Assembly: GCA_017625535.1 (NCBI GenBank)
Contig: JAGAKR010000029.1
Coordinates: 229 to 64,228 of the forward strand
DNA: 64,000 nt
Direction: 5' to 3'
Origin: Bacteroidales bacterium
GTDB lineage: Bacteria > Bacteroidota > Bacteroidia > Bacteroidales > UBA932
Shown here: positions 39,037 through 48,228 of the stretch, piece by piece
Layout of the letters: the number at the start of each line of letters is the position of its first letter
Position numbering within the stretch: the stretch's first letter is position 1
Notes under the pieces: generated by a model
Seen by the model: the letters and a program-made list of their open reading frames with translations, nothing else
Told to the model about the DNA's origin: nothing
Database searches by the model: none
Translations under genes and position numbers: made by a program

Positions 39037-40038
39037 ATGGGCACTTCACCTAAAATAGTATATATGGGGACACCTGAGTTTGCAGTTGCCCCCCTACAGA
39101 AACTTGTTGAAAACGGATACAACATAGTTGGAGTTGTTACTGTTCCCGACAAGCCCAGCGGACGCGGGCTCAAACTCAACCAGAGCGCAGTAAAGCAATA
39201 TGCAATGGAGCATCTTGTACCGGGCGGCACAAAACTTATGCAGCCGGTATCATTGAAGGATGAAGAATTCCTGCAGGAGTTGCGCAGCCTGGGGGCGGAT
39301 ATGTTCATTGTGGTGGCATTCAGGATGCTGCCGGAAGTTGTATGGGGGATGCCGCCATTGGGGACATTCAATCTGCACGGATCACTTCTTCCGCTTTACA
39401 GGGGTGCTGCCCCAATCAACTGGGCCATAATAAAAGGTGAAGAGAAAAGCGGCGTAACCACATTCCTCATAGACAAGGAGATTGACACTGGAAATATCCT
39501 TATGCAGAGGGAGTGTCCAATTGAGGAGAAAGAGACCATAGGAACCCTTTACGACAAACTTATGGAGATAGGGGCCGGCCTTGTAATTGAGACTGTCCAG
39601 GGGCTGGTTGACGGCAAGCTCACTCCAAAACCTCAGGAGGGGAGGATTACAGGTGCACCAAAACTTACCAGGGAACTGGGCCGCATAAAATGGGATATGG
39701 AGGACAATGACCAGCCCGGTGTATGCAAGGCAATACTCATAGACCGGCTTGTAAGGGGACTCTCACCATATCCTGCCGCCACAGCTGCAATGACAGACGG
39801 CAACAAAACCCACGAGATGAAGGTGTTCGGTTGCTCTGTTGTAAAGGAGGCTGCCCAGCAAGGGGATGGTACCCGGACCGGTGAAATAATCAGCGACGGC
39901 AAGACATACATCCACGTGGTTTGTGCCGACGGTTCTGTGCTGGCACTGGAGGAGATCCAGCTGTCGGGAAAAAAGAGGATGTCTGTGAAGGACTTCCTCC
40001 TTGGATTCCGCAATATCACAACCTTCAGGTTCATTTGA
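39037..40038 (+). CDS. fmt: Methionyl-tRNA formyltransferase
   Basis: The sequence has IVYMGTPEFAV, NLHGSLLPLYRGAAPINWAI and the C-terminal Fmt domain. Confidence 0.94.
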   Translation: MGTSPKIVYMGTPEFAVAPLQKLVENGYNIVGVVTVPDKPSGRGLKLNQSAVKQYAMEHLVPGGTKLMQPVSLKDEEFLQELRSLGADMFIVVAFRMLPEVVWGMPPLGTFNLHGSLLPLYRGAAPINWAIIKGEEKSGVTTFLIDKEIDTGNILMQRECPIEEKETIGTLYDKLMEIGAGLVIETVQGLVDGKLTPKPQEGRITGAPKLTRELGRIKWDMEDNDQPGVCKAILIDRLVRGLSPYPAATAAMTDGNKTHEMKVFGCSVVKEAAQQGDGTRTGEIISDGKTYIHVVCADGSVLALEEIQLSGKKRMSVKDFLLGFRNITTFRFI

Positions 40039-40041
40039 TTT

Positions 40042-40722
40042 ATGCAGCGGCAGAAGATGAATATAGTGATTCTTGCAGACGGCAACTATCCTGCCGCCTC
40101 ATATCCGCTGCAACTGCTGCAAACTGCAGATATTGTAATCTGCTGCGATGCGTCTGTGCTTAAACTCAAAGGGAGAAGGCCGGATTATATTGTGGGAGAT
40201 ATGGACACCCTTGATCAGGTGCACAAAGAGAAATACAAAGAGATAATCATACACAGCAGTTGCCAGGAGACAAACGACCAGACCAAGGCATTCAGTTTTG
40301 CCCTTGGGCTTGTTCCGGAGGGAAGTTGTGCCGATATACATATTCTGGGCAATACCGGAGGACGTGAAGACCATACACTAGGGAACATCTCTCTCCTTAT
40401 GGAGTACACAAGCAGGGTTGGTGATGTGATTGCCCCTTTCAACAACAGGATGCACGAGGGCATATATGCAGATATAGTTACAGACCACGGCATCTTTACT
40501 CCACATTACGATTCCTTTACCGCATCCTGCCGTAAAGGGCAGCAGATATCCATAATATCATTTGACAAAACCCTCAGGATAAAATCCAAAGGGCTCCTCT
40601 ATCCTACCGATGATGCTGTATTTGAATTCTGGTGGAGGGGTACTCTGAATGAAGCTGCAGGAGAAAGTTTTTCCCTTGAGTTCAGCCACAAGGCCCCGCT
40701 TCTGCTGTTCCGCCAATACTGA
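40042..40722 (+). CDS. Thiamine diphosphokinase
   Basis: The sequence has ILADGNYP, IVGDMDTL, DQTKAF and GGREDHTLGN. An alternative start lies at 40057. Confidence 0.8.
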   Translation: MQRQKMNIVILADGNYPAASYPLQLLQTADIVICCDASVLKLKGRRPDYIVGDMDTLDQVHKEKYKEIIIHSSCQETNDQTKAFSFALGLVPEGSCADIHILGNTGGREDHTLGNISLLMEYTSRVGDVIAPFNNRMHEGIYADIVTDHGIFTPHYDSFTASCRKGQQISIISFDKTLRIKSKGLLYPTDDAVFEFWWRGTLNEAAGESFSLEFSHKAPLLLFRQY

Positions 40723-40727
40723 TTGCC

Positions 40728-41822
40728 CTATTTAGGTGCAATCCTATAGAGGAATACTGCAATTACCGCAAAGATTATATTCGGCAGCCACAATGCCACA
40801 GAAGGTGGCAGTGCTCCTGTATGCACGAACATCTGGCTGAACCTCAGGAACAGGATATATGAGAAACTCAATGCTATGCCTATTCCAATGTTGAGACCTA
40901 TACCACCCCTCCTCTTCTTTGAAGACAGAGAGACTCCTATGATTGTTAGGATGAAGGCGGAGAATGGCATTGCAAAACGGGTATGCTTCTCTATGAGGGC
41001 ATACTTCACCATCTGGTCGCCACGCATCTGCTGGGTTTCAATAAGTTCGTTCAGTTGCGGGAAGTTGAGCGTTTCCACTACATTCTTGCGCCTGTAGAAA
41101 TCATCTATGGTAATTACCAGTGCCGTATCCAGCTGCTCCCCGGTTGTTATAACCTCGGAATTTCCCATATATTTGCGCAGATGGTAGTTCCTCAGTTTCC
41201 AGCACCCCTTTACAGAATCCCACTGCGCCGATTGCGCGCTCAGCTTTGACTTTATATTGTGGCCGTCAACATCTTCCAATGTGAACTTGTATGCCGTGTT
41301 GTTCCAGGTTGCAAATGACTCCACATACATGAAGGTTCCAGGAGATATCTGATAATGCAGGTTCTTGCCCGTATTCTCATATTTCTTCTTTATATACTTC
41401 TGCTCAAAAGCAAGGCGCCCCTTGTTTGCAGGTGGTATTACAAAAAGGTTCAGAAGAAGACTGAAGAGGGCAATTGCAAAGGCTGAAATCATATAGGGAT
41501 ACATCATCCTCTTGAAACTGATTCCCCCCGCAAGTATTGCTATTATCTCTGAGTTGGCCGCCAGTTTGGATGTGAAGAATATTACCGCAATGAATACGAA
41601 CATAGGACTGAACATATTCATGAAGTAAGGGATGAAGTTTGAGTAGTAATTGAAGATTATCTCTTTCAACGGCGCACTTTTGTCTACAAAGTCATCAATC
41701 TTCTCGCTTATGTCAAAGATGATTACAATGCCTATGATAAGCAGTATCGCAAAGAAGTATGTTCCAATGAACTTCTTTATTATATACTTGTCTATTGTGG
41801 TTATGTTGAAATTGTACTTCAT
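40728..41822 (-). CDS. LptF/LptG-family permease (YjgP/YjgQ)
   Basis: The start was chosen at MKYNFNITTIDKYIIKKF (ATG at 41822). The product has six TM-like segments and a central periplasmic domain. Confidence 0.8.
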   Translation of the reverse strand: MKYNFNITTIDKYIIKKFIGTYFFAILLIIGIVIIFDISEKIDDFVDKSAPLKEIIFNYYSNFIPYFMNMFSPMFVFIAVIFFTSKLAANSEIIAILAGGISFKRMMYPYMISAFAIALFSLLLNLFVIPPANKGRLAFEQKYIKKKYENTGKNLHYQISPGTFMYVESFATWNNTAYKFTLEDVDGHNIKSKLSAQSAQWDSVKGCWKLRNYHLRKYMGNSEVITTGEQLDTALVITIDDFYRRKNVVETLNFPQLNELIETQQMRGDQMVKYALIEKHTRFAMPFSAFILTIIGVSLSSKKRRGGIGLNIGIGIALSFSYILFLRFSQMFVHTGALPPSVALWLPNIIFAVIAVFLYRIAPK

Positions 41823-41838
41823 CCTCCCTGTACCGGCT

Positions 41839-42969
41839 CTATAGTTTTGTCTCAAGTTTCTTTACCGCATTCTCCTTCCAGGCTGCAAAGTCGCCGGCCT
41901 TTATGTGGATGCGGGCCTGGCGTACAACATCAAGGTAGAATGCCAGGTTATGCTCGCTTGCTATCTGTGCGGCAAGCATCTCCCCTGCTATGAACAGGTG
42001 TCTCAAATATGCCTTGGTATATATCTTGTCTACAAAAGATGTACCTTTTTCATCAAGCGGAGAAAAGTCATCTGCCCATTTGCGGTTCCTTATGTTTATC
42101 ATTCCGTCCCAGGTGAAGAGCATTCCGTTGCGACCGTTTCTGGTAGGCATCACGCAGTCGAACATATCAATACCCCTTGCTATCCCCTCAAGTATGTTTG
42201 CAGGTGTTCCCACTCCCATCAGGTATCTTGGCTTGTCAAGAGGGAGGATAGGATGAACCACCTCAATCATCTCGTACATCTGTTCTGTAGACTCACCTAC
42301 AGAGAGGCCTCCTATTGCATAACCGTCGCGGTCCAATGAAACGGCATGTTCAGCTGCCATACGGCGGAGATCCGGGTAGACACACCCCTGTACTATCGGG
42401 AAGAAGAACTGCTCATATCCATACAGTGGCTGGGTTTCATCAAATCTCTTTATGCAGCGCTCAAGCCATCTTTGGGTAAGTTTCAATGAATTGAGGGCAT
42501 ACGAGTGTGTGGCATTGCCCGGTGTGCATTCATCCAGGGCCATAATGATGTCCGCACCAATAATCCTTTGGGTATCCACATTGTTCTCCGGGGTAAACGT
42601 ATGTTTTGAACCGTCTATATGTGAACGGAAGGTGCATCCCTCTTCTGTAAGTTTGCGGTTTTCCGCCAGCGAGAATACCTGGAATCCGCCGCTGTCTGTA
42701 AGCATTGGCTTGTCCCAGGAGATGAATTTGTGGAGTCCGCCGGCCTTGTTTATTATATCCAGTCCTGGGCGCAGATACAGATGATATGTATTGCCAAGTA
42801 TTATCTGGGCATTTATATCATTCCTGAGATCTCTGTGATATACTCCCTTCACAGATCCTACAGTACCTACAGGCATAAAGATTGGGGTCTCTATAACTCC
42901 GTGGTCTGTGTAAAGCAGTCCGCATCTTGCCGCAGACTGAGGGTCTTGTGCTATTCTTTCAAAATTCAT
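41839..42969 (-). CDS. tgt: Queuine tRNA-ribosyltransferase (tRNA-guanine transglycosylase)
   Basis: The start was chosen at MNFERI (ATG at 42969), giving 376 aa. The sequence has TPIFMPVGT, TDSGGFQV, GLSVGE and FDCVMPTRNGRNG. Confidence 0.96.
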   Translation of the reverse strand: MNFERIAQDPQSAARCGLLYTDHGVIETPIFMPVGTVGSVKGVYHRDLRNDINAQIILGNTYHLYLRPGLDIINKAGGLHKFISWDKPMLTDSGGFQVFSLAENRKLTEEGCTFRSHIDGSKHTFTPENNVDTQRIIGADIIMALDECTPGNATHSYALNSLKLTQRWLERCIKRFDETQPLYGYEQFFFPIVQGCVYPDLRRMAAEHAVSLDRDGYAIGGLSVGESTEQMYEMIEVVHPILPLDKPRYLMGVGTPANILEGIARGIDMFDCVMPTRNGRNGMLFTWDGMINIRNRKWADDFSPLDEKGTSFVDKIYTKAYLRHLFIAGEMLAAQIASEHNLAFYLDVVRQARIHIKAGDFAAWKENAVKKLETKL

Positions 42970-42993
42970 ACTAAATTCATCTCCTATAAACGG

Positions 42994-43001
42994 CAAAAAT
43001 A
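42994..43001 (-). promoter_or_regulatory. -7 box TATTTTTG upstream of tgt
   Basis: Plus-strand caaaaata lies 25 nt upstream of the ATG at 42969. Confidence 0.5.
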
Positions 43002-43024
43002 ATAAAAATAACTCTTAATTTGTT

Positions 43025-43032
43025 TATATTTG
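43025..43032 (+). promoter_or_regulatory. -7 box TATATTTG upstream of the bifunctional-nuclease gene
   Basis: The box lies 21 nt upstream of the ATG at 43053 and inside the longer ORF-track extension. Confidence 0.5.
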
Positions 43033-43052
43033 TGGGAAACAGATACAGAGCA

Positions 43053-43616
43053 ATGAAAAGGATAAGGCTGGATATAGGGGCTCTCACCGCTTCTCCCGAC
43101 AATGGGGGGAGTTTTATGTTCTTCCTCTACAGGGAGGGGATGAACAAGTGTCTTCCGGTGAAACTTTCACCACCGGAGATGCATGCCGTTCTATCAAACT
43201 TCAACCAGCCTGATGGGACGGGGATTACGGTACATAATGTATTCTTCTCTGTCTTGAGGCAATACCACATTGAACTCCTTGAGGTTACCATAACAAGAAA
43301 ATCTGATGAGGAGAATTTTGCATCTGAACTGCTCCTTTTTGACGGAGAGAAGGAGACAAGGCAGAGTGCAGGCTTTATGGACGGTGTAATACTGGCCAAG
43401 GCTTTTGCCTGCCCAATCTATACGGATGAAGCCATTATGGAGAAATATGCCTCTGCCATAGACATTGTATCTGACAAGATTGTAAAGAAAGAGATCAGGC
43501 TCCAGAAACTGAAGGAGGAACTCAGCCAGGCCATTGCATCGGAGGATTACGAGAGGGCGGCACAGATAAGCAGGGTCATTGATGAGATCTCCAAAGAGCC
43601 TGAAGAGAAAGAGTAA
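43053..43616 (+). CDS. Bifunctional nuclease-family (DUF151-like) protein with C-terminal UVR motif
   Basis: The N-terminus reads MKRIRLDIGALT...FMFFLYREG...LPVKLSPPEMHAV. The C-terminal UvrB/C-like helix reads ASEDYERAAQISRVIDEI. Confidence 0.75.
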   Translation: MKRIRLDIGALTASPDNGGSFMFFLYREGMNKCLPVKLSPPEMHAVLSNFNQPDGTGITVHNVFFSVLRQYHIELLEVTITRKSDEENFASELLLFDGEKETRQSAGFMDGVILAKAFACPIYTDEAIMEKYASAIDIVSDKIVKKEIRLQKLKEELSQAIASEDYERAAQISRVIDEISKEPEEKE

Positions 43617-43640
43617 GACATATTCATACGCTCCATTTTT

Positions 43641-45041
43641 ATGAAAAAGTTTATTGCCACGGCTCTGCTCCTGTTATGCTGCACTTTAGGCTTTGCCCAG
43701 GAGATTGCCGCTGATTCCCCTTATGAAGTTCTTCTTTCAGACAGGACATTCACATTTTCCTTTGTTTCCCTCATCAAGGGAATTGTAGGTATGGGAGTGA
43801 TTGTGTTTGTATGCTGGTGTTTCAGTTCAGACAGAAAAAACATAAACTGGGGAACTGTAGGCAAGGCCCTGCTGATGCAGTTTGCAATAGCGGTTTCAGT
43901 ACTTGTTTTCCCTGCGGTACAAAGCATATTTGAGATTCTTGGAAATGCTTTTGTTTCAGTACTGGACTGGACAAAGGCGGGCTCCACTTTCCTTTTCGGA
44001 GGATTTATGGATGCCTCAAAATTCGGCTTTGTATTCATTTTCCAGATACTTCCCACCATCATTTTCTTCTCTGCCCTTATGAGTCTGTTCTTTTATCTGG
44101 GCATCATGCAGAAGATTGTATGGGGTATGGGATGGGTCCTTACAAAATTCATGAGGCTCTCAGGGGCAGAGGCCCTTACCTGTGCCGGAAATATCTTCCT
44201 TGGACAGTCTGAGGCACCACTTATGGTTAAGGAATATGTTCCAAAGATGACCAGGAGCGAACTTGTGCTAATAATGACTTCCGGTATGGCAACTATGTCC
44301 GGCGGAGTGCTGGCCGCATATATAGGTATGCTTGGGGGCGGTGACAAGGTTCTGGAGCTGGAATTTGCCAAACACCTGCTCTCCGCTTCCGTTATGGCAG
44401 CTCCAGGGGCAATTGCACTTTCCAAAATAATATTGCCACAGACTGAAGAGATAGACAATACCCTTGCCGTATCAAAGGAGAAGATTGGAAAGAATATACT
44501 TGATGCCATATCCAACGGTACTGCCGACGGCCTTAAACTTGCCGCCAATGTGGCAGCACTGCTTCTTGTGTTCTATGCCCTTATTGCAGGGGCCAATGCC
44601 ATTCTGGGATGGATAAGTTTTCCTGCGGTTGACAGGCTTATTGAGCAGTTGTCGGGAGGAAGATATGCAGACCTCTCGCTTGAAGCCATACTTGCTTTTG
44701 TATTTTACCCTGTAATTTGGCTTATTGGTGTGCCGGGCGAGGATATAGGGCTTGTGGGAAGGCTGCTTGGAGAAAAACTCATCCTCACTGAGTTTGTGGG
44801 ATACCAGAGTATGGCAGATATGCTGCGCCAGGGTGCGTTTTCTTCTGCCAAGTCTGTTATTATGGCATCATATGTATTGTGCGGATTTGCAAATTTTGCC
44901 TCTGTGGGAATCCTTATAGGTGCAGTGGGGGGTATGGCTCCGGGCAAGAAGCATATTCTCTCTGAATATGGTCTCAAGGCTATGCTGACCGCATCTCTGG
45001 TGGCGCTTATGTCTGCTGCAATGGTGGGTATGTTTGTATAA
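43641..45041 (+). CDS. NupC/NupG-family concentrative nucleoside transporter
   Basis: The 466-aa polytopic protein contains GNIFLGQSEAPL and the C-terminal segment CGFANFASVGILIGAVGGMAP. Confidence 0.88.
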   Translation: MKKFIATALLLLCCTLGFAQEIAADSPYEVLLSDRTFTFSFVSLIKGIVGMGVIVFVCWCFSSDRKNINWGTVGKALLMQFAIAVSVLVFPAVQSIFEILGNAFVSVLDWTKAGSTFLFGGFMDASKFGFVFIFQILPTIIFFSALMSLFFYLGIMQKIVWGMGWVLTKFMRLSGAEALTCAGNIFLGQSEAPLMVKEYVPKMTRSELVLIMTSGMATMSGGVLAAYIGMLGGGDKVLELEFAKHLLSASVMAAPGAIALSKIILPQTEEIDNTLAVSKEKIGKNILDAISNGTADGLKLAANVAALLLVFYALIAGANAILGWISFPAVDRLIEQLSGGRYADLSLEAILAFVFYPVIWLIGVPGEDIGLVGRLLGEKLILTEFVGYQSMADMLRQGAFSSAKSVIMASYVLCGFANFASVGILIGAVGGMAPGKKHILSEYGLKAMLTASLVALMSAAMVGMFV

Positions 45042-45043
45042 AA

Positions 45044-45078
45044 ATAAAAAAAGGGGGAATCAATATTCCCCCTTTTCA
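45044..45078. terminator. Bidirectional terminator between the convergent transporter and dehydrogenase genes
   Basis: The stem gggggaat / attccccc has a 4-nt loop, with an A-run before it and a T-run after it. It overlaps the last codons of the minus-strand gene. Confidence 0.7.
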
Positions 45079-46022
45079 ACTTTCCTGCGGCATGCTGCAA
45101 GCATATCATCAACCATTTCATTGATGCCCCATTTAGGGTTCCAGCCCCACTCTTCCCTTGCACAGGAATCATCCATACAATCCGGCCATGATGCCGAAAT
45201 CTGGTCTTTTACAGGATCCACGTTGTAATCCCAGGTAAATTCAGGGACACGTTTCTTTATCTCTGTAAAGAGCTGTTCAGGTGTGAAACTCATTGATGTT
45301 ATGTTGAAACTGTTCCTGTGTACCAGTTTGCTTGGGTCTGCTTCCATAAGTTGGGTTACTGCCTCAAGTGCATCAGGCATATAGAGCATATCCATATAGG
45401 TATCTTTTGGAACCTCACAAGTGTACCTGCCGCGTTTGGCAACCTCATAGAATACCTCCACCGCATAGTCTGTTGTGCCGCCGCCAGGCAATGCACCGTT
45501 TGAAATGATTCCAGGGAAACGTACACTGCGGGCATCCACGCCAAATCTTGAATGGTAGTAGTCGCTCAGGAGTTCTCCTGTAACTTTGCATACACCGTAG
45601 ATGGTATTTGGCCTCATTACTGTATCCTGTGGTGTCATATGGTGAGGTGTGTTTTCACCGAATGCACCAATGGAACTTGGGGTGAACACTGCGCAATTGT
45701 ACTCTTTTGCAAGATTAAGTGAGTTCAACAGCGCCCCTATGTTTATGTCCCAAGCCAACTGAGGGTTTCTTTCGCCTGTTGCAGAAAGGAGTGCAACAAG
45801 ATTGAAGATTGAATCCACATTCTCCCTTTTCACAACCTTTGCATATTCCTCCATATCCAAGGCATTGAGGGTAATTGCCCTTGAAAAGCCACTGAGTTTT
45901 GTAACTATCTCGGGCCTGAGGTCCGCTGCTATTACGTTGTCATAACCGTAATGTTTCTGCAGGTGAGGAACCAGTTCTGTCCCTATCTGGCCACCTGCAC
46001 CAACCACCAAAATTTTCTTCAT
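45060..46022 (-). CDS. Extended-SDR NAD-dependent epimerase/dehydratase-fold enzyme, L-threonine 3-dehydrogenase-like
   Basis: The sequence has ILVVGAGGQIGTEL, the YGVCK catalytic Tyr-x-x-x-Lys and the tail WGWNPKW. Confidence 0.75.
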   Translation of the reverse strand: MKKILVVGAGGQIGTELVPHLQKHYGYDNVIAADLRPEIVTKLSGFSRAITLNALDMEEYAKVVKRENVDSIFNLVALLSATGERNPQLAWDINIGALLNSLNLAKEYNCAVFTPSSIGAFGENTPHHMTPQDTVMRPNTIYGVCKVTGELLSDYYHSRFGVDARSVRFPGIISNGALPGGGTTDYAVEVFYEVAKRGRYTCEVPKDTYMDMLYMPDALEAVTQLMEADPSKLVHRNSFNITSMSFTPEQLFTEIKKRVPEFTWDYNVDPVKDQISASWPDCMDDSCAREEWGWNPKWGINEMVDDMLAACRRKVEKGEY

Positions 46023-46060
46023 TTATCTTAGGTATAAATTTTATCAGGTCTTTCGCTTTA

Positions 46061-46068
46061 CAAATGTA
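46061..46068 (-). promoter_or_regulatory. -7 box TACATTTG upstream of the SDR gene
   Basis: Plus-strand caaatgta lies 39 nt upstream of the ATG at 46022. Confidence 0.5.
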
Positions 46069-46120
46069 ATAATTTTACTTCAATACCACCTTTGCCGGAA
46101 CAGATTATTATTAAAAACTT

Positions 46121-46128
46121 TATTTTTG
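46121..46128 (+). promoter_or_regulatory. -7 box TATTTTTG upstream of queG
   Basis: The box ends 4 nt before the first ATG (46133). The second ATG (46148, MEIYWAVKE) may therefore be the real start. Confidence 0.5.
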
Positions 46129-46132
46129 CAAT

Positions 46133-47107
46133 ATGCTGACACAAAAGATGGAGATATATTGGGCCGTAAAGGAGATGGCTAAGGATCTGGGATTTGCAGA
46201 TTCAGGATGCGCCGCCGCTTCTGAAGTTTCCGCTTCCGTAAAGGATGCATACCTCTATGCCAAAGAGGCCGGATTCTTTGCCGGAATGGAGTATCTCCAC
46301 AACAATATTGAAAAGAGGTTCAACCCACAATTGCTTGTGGATGGGGCAGATACGGTGCTGGTTTTCCTTGCCCCCTTTTCCCTGCCCCAAGGTTGTACAC
46401 CCCCTGAAGGGGTTTCACAATATGCTCTTGGTGAGGATTACCATCAGGTTATCAAGAAGAAGCTCTTCCAAATTATGGAGATGCTGGAGAGCAGGATAGA
46501 GGGTTTTTCGGGAAGGGCATTCACCGATTCCGCCCCTGTTCTGGAGAGGGAATGGGGTGTGAGGGCCGGGCTGGGATTTGTCGGGAAGAACAATTTTCTC
46601 ATAAGCCCAAGGTGCGGCATAAAGAATTTCATAGGGACAATCATCTGCAATGCGGGGCTCCCTCCTACTGTGGAAATGGAACCTGAGAAGGCCGCTTGTT
46701 CAGCCGGAGGTTGCGGAGAGTGTACAAGATGCCTGGACGCCTGCCCTTCAGGGGCACTTTGCAGAAGTTATACAATGGATGCAGGAAAGTGCATCTCATA
46801 CCATACAATTGAGAACAGGAGGCTGAAGGAGGATTTGGCTATGGGTGTTGTGCCCAATCTGGGAAACAGGTATTATGGCTGTGACGCCTGTATGGATGCC
46901 TGCCCGTGGAACAGCAGGAACCTTCCCGGATGGAAAGAGTTCCACACCAACCGCCCAATGCTGCAACAGGCCCGGTATGAGTGGTGGAAAGGGCTCACAA
47001 AAGAGGAATTCAAGGCAAATTTTAAAGGCTCTCCAATTTTGAGGGGAGGGCTTGAAAACATAATTACAGCCCTGGAATGGGGCAGAAAACAGGGAAATAA
47101 TGGGTGA
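46133..47107 (+). CDS. queG: Epoxyqueuosine reductase
   Basis: The sequence has two ferredoxin-type motifs (CGECTRCLDACP, CDACMDACP), the segment SYHTIE and a HEAT-like tail. An alternative start lies at 46148. Confidence 0.9.
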   Translation: MLTQKMEIYWAVKEMAKDLGFADSGCAAASEVSASVKDAYLYAKEAGFFAGMEYLHNNIEKRFNPQLLVDGADTVLVFLAPFSLPQGCTPPEGVSQYALGEDYHQVIKKKLFQIMEMLESRIEGFSGRAFTDSAPVLEREWGVRAGLGFVGKNNFLISPRCGIKNFIGTIICNAGLPPTVEMEPEKAACSAGGCGECTRCLDACPSGALCRSYTMDAGKCISYHTIENRRLKEDLAMGVVPNLGNRYYGCDACMDACPWNSRNLPGWKEFHTNRPMLQQARYEWWKGLTKEEFKANFKGSPILRGGLENIITALEWGRKQGNNG

Positions 47108-47984
47108 ATTCAAGTTCAGGACACAGATTTGTGTGCCGGCCGGAAAAAATATGATTGATTACGGGAGCAGAATCCTTATGCTGGGCTCCTGCTTTACAAC
47201 GGAAATAGGGAAAATACTGCAGGATTACAGGTTCAATGTGCTTGTGAATCCTTTTGGCGTCCTGTATAATCCGTGTTCAATAGCATCATCTGTAAAAAGG
47301 ATGCTTGAGTGTACTCCATTCACAGCCGGGGATGTGATACAGACCAACCCCACAGATGCATCATCGCCAGCCCGCTACGCAAGTTTCCACCACCACAGTT
47401 CATTTTCCCGCCCAACTCCAGAAGAGTTCATGGAGAATGCCAACAATGCGCTCTCACTTGCATCAGATTTTCTGCAGAATGCAGACACTGTAATAATCAC
47501 ATTGGGCACAGCCTGGGTATACAGGAACATACAAACCGGGAATGTGGTTTCCAACTGCCACAAGAGGCTGGCAAAGGAGTTCTCAAGAAACCTGCTTGAA
47601 GTGGTGCAGTGCAGGGAGACCCTGCTGGAGATTGCAGATTCTCTTCCCGACAAAAACATAATCTTTACAGTAAGCCCAATCAGGCACCTGAAAGATACCC
47701 TCCACGGCAACCAGATAAGCAAGGCCACACTCCTACTTGCCATTGAACAAGTGCTGGAGAAAAGGGAAAACTGCACATACTTCCCTTCATATGAAATTAT
47801 GATGGATGACCTGAGGGATTACAGGTTCTACGCAGAAGATATGCTGCACCCTTCACCACTTGCAGTAAAATATATTTTTGAGAAGTTCAGGGAAGCCAAC
47901 ATTTCGCCCGTTGCGTTTAAACAAATGGAGAGCAATATGCGTTTAACAAAAGCAGAGAATCACATACAGAAACAGATTCTTTAA
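47100..47984 (+). CDS. GSCFA-domain protein (SGNH-hydrolase-like, function unknown)
   Basis: The motif reads MLGSCFTTEIG. The gene overlaps the queG stop by 8 nt (ATGGGTGA). Confidence 0.8.
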   Translation: MGEFKFRTQICVPAGKNMIDYGSRILMLGSCFTTEIGKILQDYRFNVLVNPFGVLYNPCSIASSVKRMLECTPFTAGDVIQTNPTDASSPARYASFHHHSSFSRPTPEEFMENANNALSLASDFLQNADTVIITLGTAWVYRNIQTGNVVSNCHKRLAKEFSRNLLEVVQCRETLLEIADSLPDKNIIFTVSPIRHLKDTLHGNQISKATLLLAIEQVLEKRENCTYFPSYEIMMDDLRDYRFYAEDMLHPSPLAVKYIFEKFREANISPVAFKQMESNMRLTKAENHIQKQIL

Positions 47985-48011
47985 CTTTTGTAAAACCAAT
48001 TATTGCACACT

Positions 48012-48173
48012 ATGAAAAAATATGAATGCAGAGCCTGCGGATGGGTATATGACCCTGCCCTTGGCGATCCCGACGGAGGTATTCCTCCCGGCACTCCATT
48101 TGAAGAACTCGGTTCCACCTGGGTATGTCCCGGATGCGGACTTGGAGTTGAGTATTTCGACGAAATAAAGTGA
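48012..48173 (+). CDS. Rubredoxin
   Basis: This gene is absent from the ORF track (53 aa). My own translation is MKKYECRACGWVYDPALGDPDGGIPPGTPFEELGSTWVCPGCGLGVEYFDEIK, with two CxxCG knuckles. Confidence 0.92.
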   Translation: MKKYECRACGWVYDPALGDPDGGIPPGTPFEELGSTWVCPGCGLGVEYFDEIK

Positions 48174-48184
48174 TTTTAAAGAAA

Positions 48185-48217
48185 AGGTCCCCTGAATATC
48201 ATCAGGAGACCTTTTTT
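48185..48217. terminator. Bidirectional terminator between rubredoxin (+) and the hybrid two-component gene (-)
   Basis: The stem aggtc(c)cctga / tcagg(a)gacct has a 6-nt loop and is followed by 6 T on the plus strand. Confidence 0.75.
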
Positions 48218-48228
48218 GTCATTGTCCT

